A stretch of DNA of 64,000 nt. Source: a virus. The stretch's first letter is position 1. The number at the start of each line of letters is the position of its first letter. The notes below the pieces were generated by a model. The model ran no database searches. It worked only from the letters and a program-made list of their open reading frames with translations, and had not been told where the DNA came from. This document shows, piece after piece, positions 26,401-35,240 of the stretch. Both the position numbers and the translations under genes were made by a program. Where the stretch lies: IMG/VR virus record IMGVR_UViG_3300036978_000319, positions 1 through 64,000 of that record. One strand, 5' to 3'.

Positions 26401-28858
26401 ATCGGGCAATTGTTCAACAGTAGGCGGTGGCATTTGTAATACAGTGTCAGACAATTGTTCAGTCATAGGCGGTGGCGTACTTAATATAGCATCATGTGTT
26501 TTTTCAACTATAAGCGGCGGTAATAGTAATACCACATCGGGTTGTTTTTCGGTCATAGGTGGGGGCGCGCTTAATATAGCATCATGTGTTTATTCAACTA
26601 TTAGTGGTGGTGTGTGTAATACTGCATCGAATTGTCATTCAACTGTAAGTGGCGGCTGCCGTAATATCGCATCAGACGAATTTTCAACTGTAGGCGGTGG
26701 CACACTTAATACCGCATCAGGTTGTCACTCAACTGTAGGTGGGGGCGTACTTAATACTTCAGTATGCTTACGCTCAACGGTAAGTGGCGGTTTTTGCAAT
26801 ATCGCATGCGGGGATTTGTCAGCCGTAGGTGGTGGCGCATGTCATGACGCATTAGGTTGTTTGTCAACGATAGGGGGCGGTTTATCCAATACTGCATCAG
26901 GTGATAGTTCAATAATAGGCGGAGGCAGAAGTAATACTGCGTTATGCTGTGGTTCAACAGTAGGCGGTGGCATATTTAATACTACATCAGGTTGTCAATC
27001 AACCGTAGGCGGAGGTTTATGTAATATAGCATCATGTGATCGTTCAACTGTAAGTGGTGGAATTCGTAATACTGCATCATGCACTGCTTCCACGGTAAGT
27101 GGTGGTTATTGTAACATATCATCAGAAATTGCTTCCTTTATTGGTGGAGGGACGCTTAACCTGGCATCTGGGCTATGTGCAGTTGTTGGGGGAGGTTCTA
27201 ATAACACTGCGTGCGGAGGATGTTCAACGGTAAGTGGGGGTTGCGCGAATGATGCCTTAGGGTTTGTAGCCACTATAAGCGGTGGTTGTGCAAATACCGC
27301 ATTAGGTACTTTGTCAGCAGTAGGTGGTGGTCAGCTGAATACCACATCAGGCTGTCAGTCAACAGTAGGCGGTGGCAGATGTAATACTGTATTCGGCTGT
27401 TGTTCAACTATAGGCGGTGGTCGCACTAACATTATAGATAGCAGCGATGCAACAATTGCAGGTGGTGCATGTAACTTGATAGAAGAAATCACTGGGCTGC
27501 TTGCAACAGGTTCCTTTATTGGAGGTGGTGTGAGTAATACGGTATCATGCTATTATTCAACTATAAGTGGGGGTAATTTTAATACAGCATCAGGCGCAGG
27601 TTCAACTATAGGTGGTGGCGTGTTCAATGCCGCATCAGACGCAGTTTCAACTATAAGTGGTGGTGCGTGCAATGCGGCATCAGGACCTGTGTCAACGGTA
27701 GGTGGCGGTTTTTGTAATATCGCATCTGGTAATGCTTCATTTATTGGAGGTGGCGATTGTAATAGAGCATTAGGTTGTAGGTCAACTGTGGGGGGTGGCG
27801 ATTGTAATAGAGCATTAGGTGATTGTTCAGCTGTGGGGGGTGGGTGCCGTAATACTGCATCATGTTCATATTCAACTATAGGCGGGGGTATGTGTAATAT
27901 CGCAAAAGGTGATTGTTCAACCGTAGGTGGCGGTGTTTCTAATACTGCATTATGTTTATATTCAACTGTAGGCGGTGGCCAACGTAATACCGCATGCTGT
28001 ATCTCTTCAACTATAAGTGGTGGCCAATGTAATACCATATTAAGAGAATGCGGAACTATTGGGGGTGGGTGCTGTAATACGATAATAAATGTATGTTACT
28101 CAACGATTGGAGGTGGCATATGTAATACTATAAGTTGTGGTAAAGCTGGATCTGTGATAGGTGGTGGTGGCAAGAATACCGTATCAGAGGGTTTTGCAAC
28201 AATAAGCGGAGGCGCGCTTAATATAGCATCAGGTAGTGTATCAACCATAAGTGGTGGCCAACGTAATACCGCATGCGGGACTTCTTCCACCGTGGGTGGT
28301 GGGGAAATTAACCTTGCATGTGGTGGGTTTTCAACAGTAGGTGGTGGTGTGTGTAATACCGCATCGGGTGCTAGTTCGGTAATAGGTGGTGGCCAGTGTA
28401 ATACTGCATGCGCGTGTAATCTTCCAACTATAGGTGGTGGTTTTCGTAATATCGTATCAAGTGATTGGGGAACAATAGGCGGTGGTTGTAGTAACATTGT
28501 AGATAGCGATTACGCAGTCATTGCAGGTGGCCAATTAAATATGATAGAAGACATTACTGGATGTCCTGCAACAGGTTCCTTTATTGGCGGAGGGTCATGT
28601 AATACCGCATGTGCATGCTATTCAAGTATTTTGGGTGGCCGAAATAATACAGCATGCCATAATAGCTCTCACATCGTTGGGGAGTGCATCACAACTAGGT
28701 ATAGCTGCACAACTCATATTAACTGTCTAAACTTTAAGTGTATTGTGTCACATTGCGGTAATGCATGTGCAGTGGCTGCAGGACTACCAGTCGGTCAAGT
28801 TTACCTAAGTACAGAATGCGCAGGATTCCCTGCATTTTTAACCATTGTTGTACCTTGA
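23462..28858 (+). CDS. giant Cys-rich 15-residue-repeat fibre/adhesin-like protein
   Basis: N-terminal EVDTNF fibre-like anchor; roughly 95 repeats of xxSTVGGGxxNTAxx with a 45-bp period (about 24340-28680). Confidence 0.8.
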   Translation: MFNLREYILFRLEEKRELFNGEVDTNFRMVSNPWVARRVYEEGNIVYHPVEVEPITGTNTGPPEQHLAWWRANKRTTQGVFLLGEWDLIGGIGTGDITVQGADSFGKFLVNSTVPAVFNSGSDALIEAQNPNDTLKLVAGTGVALLHDVSTNSIRIDNLGAQGEVNHGINIGLGPHEDVYAGLSGTNLRFKGFTAANSGGTILTVSTTGLDNIEYALNEGAIDLAALNGGSPTMDLLSDVSYTGLANGDLLQWSTGLGTWVPIASGSVGSSLFDQDSGVGSTHRIGTNPPAVGNYSTISGGQNNQTIGNWSTVSGGQYNTASGDRSTVGGGVNNTASSCCSTVGGGRCNVALGDRSTIGGGSGNTVSDCYSVIGGGVNNTASCGGSTVSGGSTNDALGCLSVIGGGACNTALCDFSVIGGGFCNTSVGNCSTVSGGAINIASCLLSTVGGGFSNTSAGDFSTVGGGRSNIASGSCSTVGGGLCNTALGCQSTVGGGRLNTTLGLSATVGGGTANVASCTYSTVGGGFCSISTECFSTVGGGVFNTSSGCTSTVGGGVCNTASCAGSTVSGGKNSLASGNCSTVGGGLFNTASGDRSAVGGGTLNTASCVFSTVGGGNSNAAVDYSTVSGGSSNTASCSFSTVGGGGCNTSLCCFSTIGGGLRNTSSGILSSVGGGFCNTVLGCVSTVGGGVCNTSVGCASTIGGGFLNIASGCFSTVGGGFCNTASGCQSTVGGGFCNTSVANYSTVGGGVLNIALCNYSTVGGGECNSALGNCSTVGGGTVNTALGCQSTVGGGACNTSIGCQSTVGGGLCNTSVCLRSTVSGGFCNTACGDFSTVGSGACNDALGCLSTVGGGLCNIASGIGSTVGGGACNTALSDRSTISGGACNTASECGSFIGGGTVNLASGLCAVIGGGSTNTACGGCSTVSGGCANDAIGVLATISGGCANTALGSRSIVGGGELNIACCNYSTVSGGRCNTASGNCSTVGGGICNTVSDNCSVIGGGVLNIASCVFSTISGGNSNTTSGCFSVIGGGALNIASCVYSTISGGVCNTASNCHSTVSGGCRNIASDEFSTVGGGTLNTASGCHSTVGGGVLNTSVCLRSTVSGGFCNIACGDLSAVGGGACHDALGCLSTIGGGLSNTASGDSSIIGGGRSNTALCCGSTVGGGIFNTTSGCQSTVGGGLCNIASCDRSTVSGGIRNTASCTASTVSGGYCNISSEIASFIGGGTLNLASGLCAVVGGGSNNTACGGCSTVSGGCANDALGFVATISGGCANTALGTLSAVGGGQLNTTSGCQSTVGGGRCNTVFGCCSTIGGGRTNIIDSSDATIAGGACNLIEEITGLLATGSFIGGGVSNTVSCYYSTISGGNFNTASGAGSTIGGGVFNAASDAVSTISGGACNAASGPVSTVGGGFCNIASGNASFIGGGDCNRALGCRSTVGGGDCNRALGDCSAVGGGCRNTASCSYSTIGGGMCNIAKGDCSTVGGGVSNTALCLYSTVGGGQRNTACCISSTISGGQCNTILRECGTIGGGCCNTIINVCYSTIGGGICNTISCGKAGSVIGGGGKNTVSEGFATISGGALNIASGSVSTISGGQRNTACGTSSTVGGGEINLACGGFSTVGGGVCNTASGASSVIGGGQCNTACACNLPTIGGGFRNIVSSDWGTIGGGCSNIVDSDYAVIAGGQLNMIEDITGCPATGSFIGGGSCNTACACYSSILGGRNNTACHNSSHIVGECITTRYSCTTHINCLNFKCIVSHCGNACAVAAGLPVGQVYLSTECAGFPAFLTIVVP

Positions 28859-28929
28859 TAAATATACTACAATGCGGTTAAACTAAACTAGTTGGCCTAA
28901 CTTGGGTATAATTTCTAAACAGTTCAATT

Positions 28930-29817
28930 ATGGATTCTTATGCTATCTTCCACATTGAGGGAGGACTCGGTAAACACGTTGCAGCAACTGCAGTTGCAAA
29001 GGCAATTAAGTCAAACAATCCTCACCGCAAACTTATAGTAGTCTGTGCATGGCCTGAAGTCTTTCTTAACCTACCTTATGTTGACCGAGTGTACCGCATT
29101 GGTAGCACTCCCTATTTTTATAGGGACTTTATCAATGGACAAGACAGCATCATCTTTAAGCATGAACCCTATTTTACAACCTCACATATTCATAAGCAAA
29201 AGAGCCTAATCCAAAACTGGATAGAGCTCTATGGCATGCCTTACAACGGAGAGTTGCCTGACCTTAAGTTCAACTATCGCCAAGATCAGTTTGGCTTTAA
29301 TAAGTGGAACCGGAATATGCCAGTCCTAGTTCTTCATACCAACGGTGGACCGCTTCAGGGGCAAGCATATCCCTATACATGGACTCGTGATATGCCACCA
29401 CATATCTCTCGTGGATTGGTTGAAATGTTTAGGGACAGGTTTCATATTATTCAGATCTGCCGCGAAGAAGGCCAAGTCATTCCGGGTGTAGGCGAGGCTC
29501 ATTGGCAGTCTATGTCAAACATGGAACTCTTTTATCTAATGAAGATGAGCAATGCTCGCATTCTTATTGACTCTAGTCTTCAGCATGCTGCGGCTGCATT
29601 AGGAATGCCCTCAACTGTTCTCTGGGTTGGTACAAGCCCGGTTGTGTTTGGCTATGACATGCACACAAACATTGCGGCTGATTTAGGAGATGAGGTTCTC
29701 CTACCTGATAGCTATCTCTTTGACTATAGTTTTAATGGAGTACTCCATGAATGTCCAATGATAGACACTTTACGAATGTTTAACCTGCCGCAAATCGCTG
29801 CATCAATACCCTCATAA
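28930..29817 (+). CDS. GT9-like (heptosyltransferase-fold) glycosyltransferase
   Basis: GGLGK, IDSSLQHAAAALGMPSTVLWVGTSP. Confidence 0.8.
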   Translation: MDSYAIFHIEGGLGKHVAATAVAKAIKSNNPHRKLIVVCAWPEVFLNLPYVDRVYRIGSTPYFYRDFINGQDSIIFKHEPYFTTSHIHKQKSLIQNWIELYGMPYNGELPDLKFNYRQDQFGFNKWNRNMPVLVLHTNGGPLQGQAYPYTWTRDMPPHISRGLVEMFRDRFHIIQICREEGQVIPGVGEAHWQSMSNMELFYLMKMSNARILIDSSLQHAAAALGMPSTVLWVGTSPVVFGYDMHTNIAADLGDEVLLPDSYLFDYSFNGVLHECPMIDTLRMFNLPQIAASIPS

Positions 29818-30635
29818 TGCCAGATCAAATCTTCTTTCAAAGTTCACTGCCTCGTAGCGGTTCAACTCTGCTGCAAAACATACTTGCACAAAATCCCAGT
29901 ATGTATGCAACTCCTACATCAGGTGTTCTTGAGCTTCTGTATGCAGCCCGGGCAAACTACAGTTCATCACCAGAGTTTAGAGCACAAGATAGCGATCTTA
30001 TGAAGCAGGGTTGGCTATCGTTCTGTAAGCAGGGCATGGAGGGATTTTATGAGGGAGTGACCGATAAGCGGTATGTAATTGATAAGAGCCGTGGCTGGGG
30101 AGTTCACTACGGCTTTCTTAATTCATTCTACCCTAACCCAAAGATTGTCTGTATGGTCAGAGACCTTAGGTCGGTCTTTTCTTCAATGGAGAAAAACTTC
30201 CGCAAGAACCCAGAACTAGACAGTGGAATTGTGAATCATCAAGCCATGACAGGTACTACCACCGAAAAGAGAATTGATGTGTGGGCCAGTGGACAACCTG
30301 TTGGTTTGGCTGTTGAGAGGCTACGACAAGTCTACACCGAAGGCAATAACAAGAATATGCACTTTGTTAGGTTTGAGGATCTTACGCAGAACCCACAACA
30401 CGAAATGAATAAGATCTATGACTTCTTTGGAATAGACAGGTACTCGCATGACTTTAATAATGTAGAGCAGGTAACTCAGGAAGATGACCAAGTATATGGC
30501 ATTTACGGAGATCATCAGATTAGAACACAAGTTAAACCAGTTGAAAATGACTTTCATAAGATTCTTGGACCGCATGCAAGTAATTGGATCAAAGATAACT
30601 ATGCCTGGTTTTTTAAGGAATTCAACTACTATTAA
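29817..30635 (+). CDS. PAPS-dependent sulfotransferase
   Basis: 5'-PSB LPRSGSTLL, 3'-PB VRDLRSVFSS, VRFEDL; TAATG-coupled to the GT. Confidence 0.9.
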   Translation: MPDQIFFQSSLPRSGSTLLQNILAQNPSMYATPTSGVLELLYAARANYSSSPEFRAQDSDLMKQGWLSFCKQGMEGFYEGVTDKRYVIDKSRGWGVHYGFLNSFYPNPKIVCMVRDLRSVFSSMEKNFRKNPELDSGIVNHQAMTGTTTEKRIDVWASGQPVGLAVERLRQVYTEGNNKNMHFVRFEDLTQNPQHEMNKIYDFFGIDRYSHDFNNVEQVTQEDDQVYGIYGDHQIRTQVKPVENDFHKILGPHASNWIKDNYAWFFKEFNYY

Positions 30636-30657
30636 GACAGAACTAAAGCCGGAAAGT

Positions 30658-31167
30658 ATGACACAGGAACATGATGCACCCGCCGTTAAAAAGAGATCTC
30701 TGCAATGGGTTAAGGGAGATAAGATAGGTATGGTTGAGACCATAAAGAGTGATGATGGGCAATGGCTTACCTTTGATAGTGGAGGCCGCATTTCAAAATC
30801 CATTGCCGGAGAGTTTATGCTGGATGTTGCCGAGGGAACACTATCGTCCGATGAACTAAAACTAAACTCAAGTGCTCATGTGGCAGCCGTGCCAGTAAAG
30901 TCTGCCGTATCAGTTGAGAGTGTACATAAGCAAAGGTCACCCGTTGCAGTTCTCCTAGAGCGATCACAACAGCATGATGACATTGAGCTTACGGTTAAGA
31001 TTAGGGTTAAGACACCAACTGCTCTGCTTATGACAGTCCTACGAGACTCATTTGGAGAAGAGGCTGATTCCGAGGTTGAGGAGTTTGTCATGGCACAAGT
31101 TAATGCGGATAACCTAATTGCATCCGCACGTGAAGAACTAAAGCAGTGCATGAATTCACTAGGATAA
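30658..31167 (+). CDS. hypothetical protein
   Basis: Start moved to MTQEHD so that it does not overlap the sulfotransferase. Confidence 0.7.
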   Translation: MTQEHDAPAVKKRSLQWVKGDKIGMVETIKSDDGQWLTFDSGGRISKSIAGEFMLDVAEGTLSSDELKLNSSAHVAAVPVKSAVSVESVHKQRSPVAVLLERSQQHDDIELTVKIRVKTPTALLMTVLRDSFGEEADSEVEEFVMAQVNADNLIASAREELKQCMNSLG

Positions 31168-31188
31168 ATACTACATAAAACTACTAAA

Positions 31189-31557
31189 ATGAACAGAATC
31201 GCAAACAGAAAGCAGAGAAGAGAAGCCATGAAAGGTCAAGGCATTCTTGGAATGATTGGCCAATTATCTTACACAAAACGCGCCGAGATTAGGCAAGCCA
31301 ATTTGGCCAGAGGCCGTGAAGCACACACAGCCATGACTGACCATGTTGACAAAGACAGGTGGGCACGTCTTGAGTCTAAGGAAATTGAGATGATGAAAAC
31401 TTGGAAGGAGATTGGCTATAACGATGAAGAGATTTCACTACTACGTGAAGCATGGTCAATTAATGTAGTAGGTGGCGCAAGTCGCGAGGACATTAAAAAG
31501 AGTGCAGATTTGGTTAAGAGTGCAGATGAGTCTCTTCATAACAGACTAGGATCATAA
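31189..31557 (+). CDS. hypothetical protein
   Basis: NRKQRR basic N-terminus; GATAAATA upstream. Confidence 0.7.
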   Translation: MNRIANRKQRREAMKGQGILGMIGQLSYTKRAEIRQANLARGREAHTAMTDHVDKDRWARLESKEIEMMKTWKEIGYNDEEISLLREAWSINVVGGASREDIKKSADLVKSADESLHNRLGS

Positions 31558-31560
31558 CCT

Positions 31561-31896
31561 ATGGTTGAGATTACTCTAGAGCCAGCGCGGAATGGTGTCA
31601 TCAAAAAGATCCGTGACACAAATCATGGCGGAAGCAGTTCCCAAATGACAGTCACTGATGTATATGAAATCGACACCGACCAAGAGGATTCGCATGAAAC
31701 CTTAGTGAGATTCATTTATGAAATTTGTGAAGACTTAGGTTTGGATGTTGGCAATAAGTTTTCGTCGCAAGTAATGAAGATCCAGTTTTCATGGGGTTCT
31801 CACTATGAACCTCACACAGAGGAAATCTCAAGCAGGATAGCTGAATTGGAGGCTGAACTTGAGATACTTAAAGTGTATCAGAATGATCATATTTAA
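31561..31896 (+). CDS. hypothetical protein
   Basis: 111 aa in operon. Confidence 0.7.
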   Translation: MVEITLEPARNGVIKKIRDTNHGGSSSQMTVTDVYEIDTDQEDSHETLVRFIYEICEDLGLDVGNKFSSQVMKIQFSWGSHYEPHTEEISSRIAELEAELEILKVYQNDHI

Positions 31897-32272
31897 CTTT
31901 GTGTGCTTGCGTGATGCAGTACTAACCAAAAGGTTTCTTGATAAGCTGCCTAAGGGAGTTGAATGTATTGACTATATTGCCGTCTCAAATAAGTTGGCTA
32001 AGAATGATTATGCTGGCCAAGAACCCTCTGACGATGTGATTGCATCTCATCTAATTAAACTGTTGCATGCAGCTGTCAATAGCCGAAATAGGGGAGAAAT
32101 TTATTATGTTATTAGCAGTACTGACAGCAATATCATGGAGAGTATTAAAGCCTTTCTAACGGATGCTACACAAGCCGAAATAAGTTATACACTGGTCTGT
32201 ACACCTGCTATTGCAAACAAGACAGTGTCGAGTGTACCTACTCAAATTCACATTGTACATGAAACGGCATAG
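31883..32272 (+). CDS. hypothetical protein
   Basis: Likely start MIIFNF. Confidence 0.6.
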   Translation: MIIFNFVCLRDAVLTKRFLDKLPKGVECIDYIAVSNKLAKNDYAGQEPSDDVIASHLIKLLHAAVNSRNRGEIYYVISSTDSNIMESIKAFLTDATQAEISYTLVCTPAIANKTVSSVPTQIHIVHETA

Positions 32273-32822
32273 GATCTTTAACAAGGGCGAAACTATCTAC
32301 TGCCTACTCTCTTCACAAAGTCACCCTGACATACTTCTTCCAGTAAAGGGCTTTATAGTTGACACTAAATGGGACAGGGTCAATCCAAAATATAAGATAA
32401 AGATACTTAAGTTCTACGATAGTATTCAGATGCTGAAGAAGTACTATTTTGAGATGAGGTTTTCATGCGAGTTTGATGTTAAGTCACTGCCTATTATGTT
32501 AAAGGCGGATGACTATAACAGTGTCCCTAATCTTGAACAGAGAATACACGGTGACGGTGAAGCCAGGTACTACGTGATAGTGGATTCTATCATGTGCGTT
32601 AAAACTCTACAGCAAGCTAGAGAGCTCTTCAGTCGGATTCAGTTTTATATCATATCGAAAAAATATAAGGAAATTAGAGAAGCATCAGCCAGAAAATTTG
32701 GCAAGGGAGCATTCACAGTTGACAGTCTTGCCGAGTGGGATGCTAGGTTTATTACTGCGTGGGGTGATAAATTATTGGAGGGTGGAATTAAGCCGGAAAA
32801 GTATATTGTAAGTCTTAACTAG
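32259..32822 (+). CDS. hypothetical protein
   Basis: Likely start MKRHRIF. Confidence 0.65.
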   Translation: MKRHRIFNKGETIYCLLSSQSHPDILLPVKGFIVDTKWDRVNPKYKIKILKFYDSIQMLKKYYFEMRFSCEFDVKSLPIMLKADDYNSVPNLEQRIHGDGEARYYVIVDSIMCVKTLQQARELFSRIQFYIISKKYKEIREASARKFGKGAFTVDSLAEWDARFITAWGDKLLEGGIKPEKYIVSLN

Positions 32823-32866
32823 GAGAGATATATACTCTATCGTTATGCAAATAATACTCTACCTCT

Positions 32867-34699
32867 ATGGCTATATTTGATCCCGGCGGCATAAATAACA
32901 TTAGTGACTATCTCTACCCAGACACGTCGGCTGGAGCCGGGAGGCTGCCTGTCTTTGGCGGAGAATCATTTGGGTTTGCAAGAGGTGTAACTGAGGAGTA
33001 CGCTAAAAACTTTTATGGTAATGGGGCAAAGCCTGCGCCTTTATCCGTACCAAGAGGATCTACCGGAGAATTGCCTAGATCAACATTTAACAAGTTTGCA
33101 CTCTTTAACTATAGCGGTTTTTATGGAAACGCAGCAATCGATAACTCAGCTGGCTATCGCGACGATAACCCGGCATCTAGATCGTTTTCAGGTAAGAGCG
33201 TAGGTTCACAAACCCCAACAATACCTAAAATTATTGAGTTCTATAACACGAACTACCCTGATATTGGCTATAAGGCTCAGGACTTTCTATATAGTAAGTG
33301 GTATCGTAAAATACCTCTTAACCATATTGTCACTCTTAGAAGGTTTCCAATGCCATGTGAGGACAACATCTTTAACTACAAGATTGCTGTGTCTGAGGTT
33401 ACGGGTGGAAAGACACCTCTTAATGTTAATGGCAGTGGTGATGTAGCTGATGCAACACAAGTGGCAGGAGTCACGGCGGTCACTTATATGGGAGAAACTG
33501 CTGGCAATAAACTTAGTGAGCTCATGAGCATGACCTATGGGCTTAAGTGGAAAGAACTTGAGTCAAAGATGAATGAGGTTGAGTCCGGTGGTGGCTATAC
33601 GAGTCAGCCAACTTCAAAGACGTTTGGTGGACTTGCTGCAGCTACAGCTGATGTGGCAAAGGGTGTTTCACCGGGTAGAAAGTATGCTCTTGAGAATGCA
33701 TCAACGGCTGATAAGCTTGCCACAACATATGCTGATTTTGTCATAGGACCTGTTAATGTGATTGACCGGACCATGATCCGGGATAGAGGTTTAACATTTG
33801 AGCAGGATATGAAGCTTATCTTCGAATATGAACTTAAGTCACTAAGCTATGTTAACCCTAAGGTGGCCATGATTGACATCATATCAAACATGCTTACCAT
33901 GACCACTAATAATGCAACCTTTTGGGGTGGAGGGCAGCGCTACTACGGTGCGGCTGGTTTTGTGGCGAGTCAGTTTGGTGATGTTAATCTCTTAAAGCAA
34001 GGCAACTTTGCCGGCTATACAAAGTCTCTAACTAATGATGTTACGGCTGGCTTAAAGAACATATTTGGCAATAGTAGCGGTGGTGTTGACTTCGGGTCTA
34101 TAGTCAAAGGCGGGGTAAACATAGGCAAGCAGTTTTTAGGTAATAAGCTAGGAGAGCTGCTAGGTTCTATTGCAGGCGATGTAGGGTCAACGGCCGCACA
34201 AAGAACCTTCATTAGTGCAGAGCCTACAGGTAACTGGCATGTGACAATCGGTAACCCTCTCAATCCAATTGCAACTATGGGAAATATGTATTGTGATAGC
34301 ACAATTATGACTCTAGGAGATGGTTTAGGATATGATGACTTTCCGTTAGAGGTTAAGTTTGAAATTAGTCTTAAACACGGTAAGCCACGAGACAAGGGAG
34401 ATATTGAAAACATGTTTAATGCTGGGCGTGGCAGGATATATGTATCTGCTGCTAATGAAAAAGACATACTTAATCTTGCTGGTGGAGATGAGCAGACTTT
34501 TGGTAGCAAAAAAGACGGTAACAATAACTTTCAGTCTACGCAGTCTTCACAGACCGGTACAACCGGAATCTCCGCAGCTGCCTCATCAGCCAGTGATAAT
34601 GAAATCAATAACATAGACAAGATTAGGCAAAGTAAAGGCGGTATTACAAAGTCAGGTGAATACATCTCTAACCTAGTTAGCCTAATGATAGATTCTTAA
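32867..34699 (+). CDS. tail tube initiator/baseplate protein (gp48/gp54-like, tentative)
   Basis: First gene of tail cluster; GNWHVTIGNP...DDFPLEVKFEISL C-terminal pattern. Confidence 0.55.
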   Translation: MAIFDPGGINNISDYLYPDTSAGAGRLPVFGGESFGFARGVTEEYAKNFYGNGAKPAPLSVPRGSTGELPRSTFNKFALFNYSGFYGNAAIDNSAGYRDDNPASRSFSGKSVGSQTPTIPKIIEFYNTNYPDIGYKAQDFLYSKWYRKIPLNHIVTLRRFPMPCEDNIFNYKIAVSEVTGGKTPLNVNGSGDVADATQVAGVTAVTYMGETAGNKLSELMSMTYGLKWKELESKMNEVESGGGYTSQPTSKTFGGLAAATADVAKGVSPGRKYALENASTADKLATTYADFVIGPVNVIDRTMIRDRGLTFEQDMKLIFEYELKSLSYVNPKVAMIDIISNMLTMTTNNATFWGGGQRYYGAAGFVASQFGDVNLLKQGNFAGYTKSLTNDVTAGLKNIFGNSSGGVDFGSIVKGGVNIGKQFLGNKLGELLGSIAGDVGSTAAQRTFISAEPTGNWHVTIGNPLNPIATMGNMYCDSTIMTLGDGLGYDDFPLEVKFEISLKHGKPRDKGDIENMFNAGRGRIYVSAANEKDILNLAGGDEQTFGSKKDGNNNFQSTQSSQTGTTGISAAASSASDNEINNIDKIRQSKGGITKSGEYISNLVSLMIDS

Positions 34700-34706
34700 A
34701 CTTACA

Positions 34707-35240
34707 ATGGATATAAGATCACTTGCTCTTAAGAACAGGCTCATTGACCAAAACACTGGTGAAGAGTACTTTGACCTAACTGCCCCCTCGTTTGAATACC
34801 AATCGGAGTTTGGCATTAAGGCTCTTCACTATGTGACTAGTGACCAGGCAGGTCGAATAGACCTAGTCTCAGAGACCTACTTTGGTAACGGCCGATACAT
34901 TGATGCAATCTGCATACTTAACGGTATCACTAATCCGTTTAGTGTTAGTGAAGGCGACATTTTATTCATACCTAACCTTCTTAGAAATGAAGACCAGGCC
35001 TATTTTAGACCTCAGACCGCGTCCAGGCCAACTCAAGTTCAGTCACAGTACATTGACACTGATAGACTTAGCAAGAAGGATAAGTCTAGGATTGATAGAC
35101 TTGCTGAAAAGGGTAAAGGCAGACCTAGTGGAGTAGATACACCGCTACCGCCCAATGTCCTACAGCAGGGAGCAGCTGGCAAGACTATTGGTGGCGGCGT
35201 AGTTAGACTTGGTACTAATCTACCAGCAAGAAGATCATAA
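34707..35240 (+). CDS. baseplate wedge LysM-like protein (gp53-like)
   Basis: GRIDLVSETYFG...ICILNGITNPFSVSEGDILFIP. Confidence 0.75.
   Translation: MDIRSLALKNRLIDQNTGEEYFDLTAPSFEYQSEFGIKALHYVTSDQAGRIDLVSETYFGNGRYIDAICILNGITNPFSVSEGDILFIPNLLRNEDQAYFRPQTASRPTQVQSQYIDTDRLSKKDKSRIDRLAEKGKGRPSGVDTPLPPNVLQQGAAGKTIGGGVVRLGTNLPARRS

Noticed and set aside
24568-28497. Minus-strand Pro-rich ORFs (PPPTVE repeats)
   Set aside because: Antisense shadows of the GGG-repeat fibre
24340-28680. Diversity-generating retroelement TR/VR pair
   Set aside because: Differences between duplicated blocks are not adenine-specific and no reverse transcriptase is in the window
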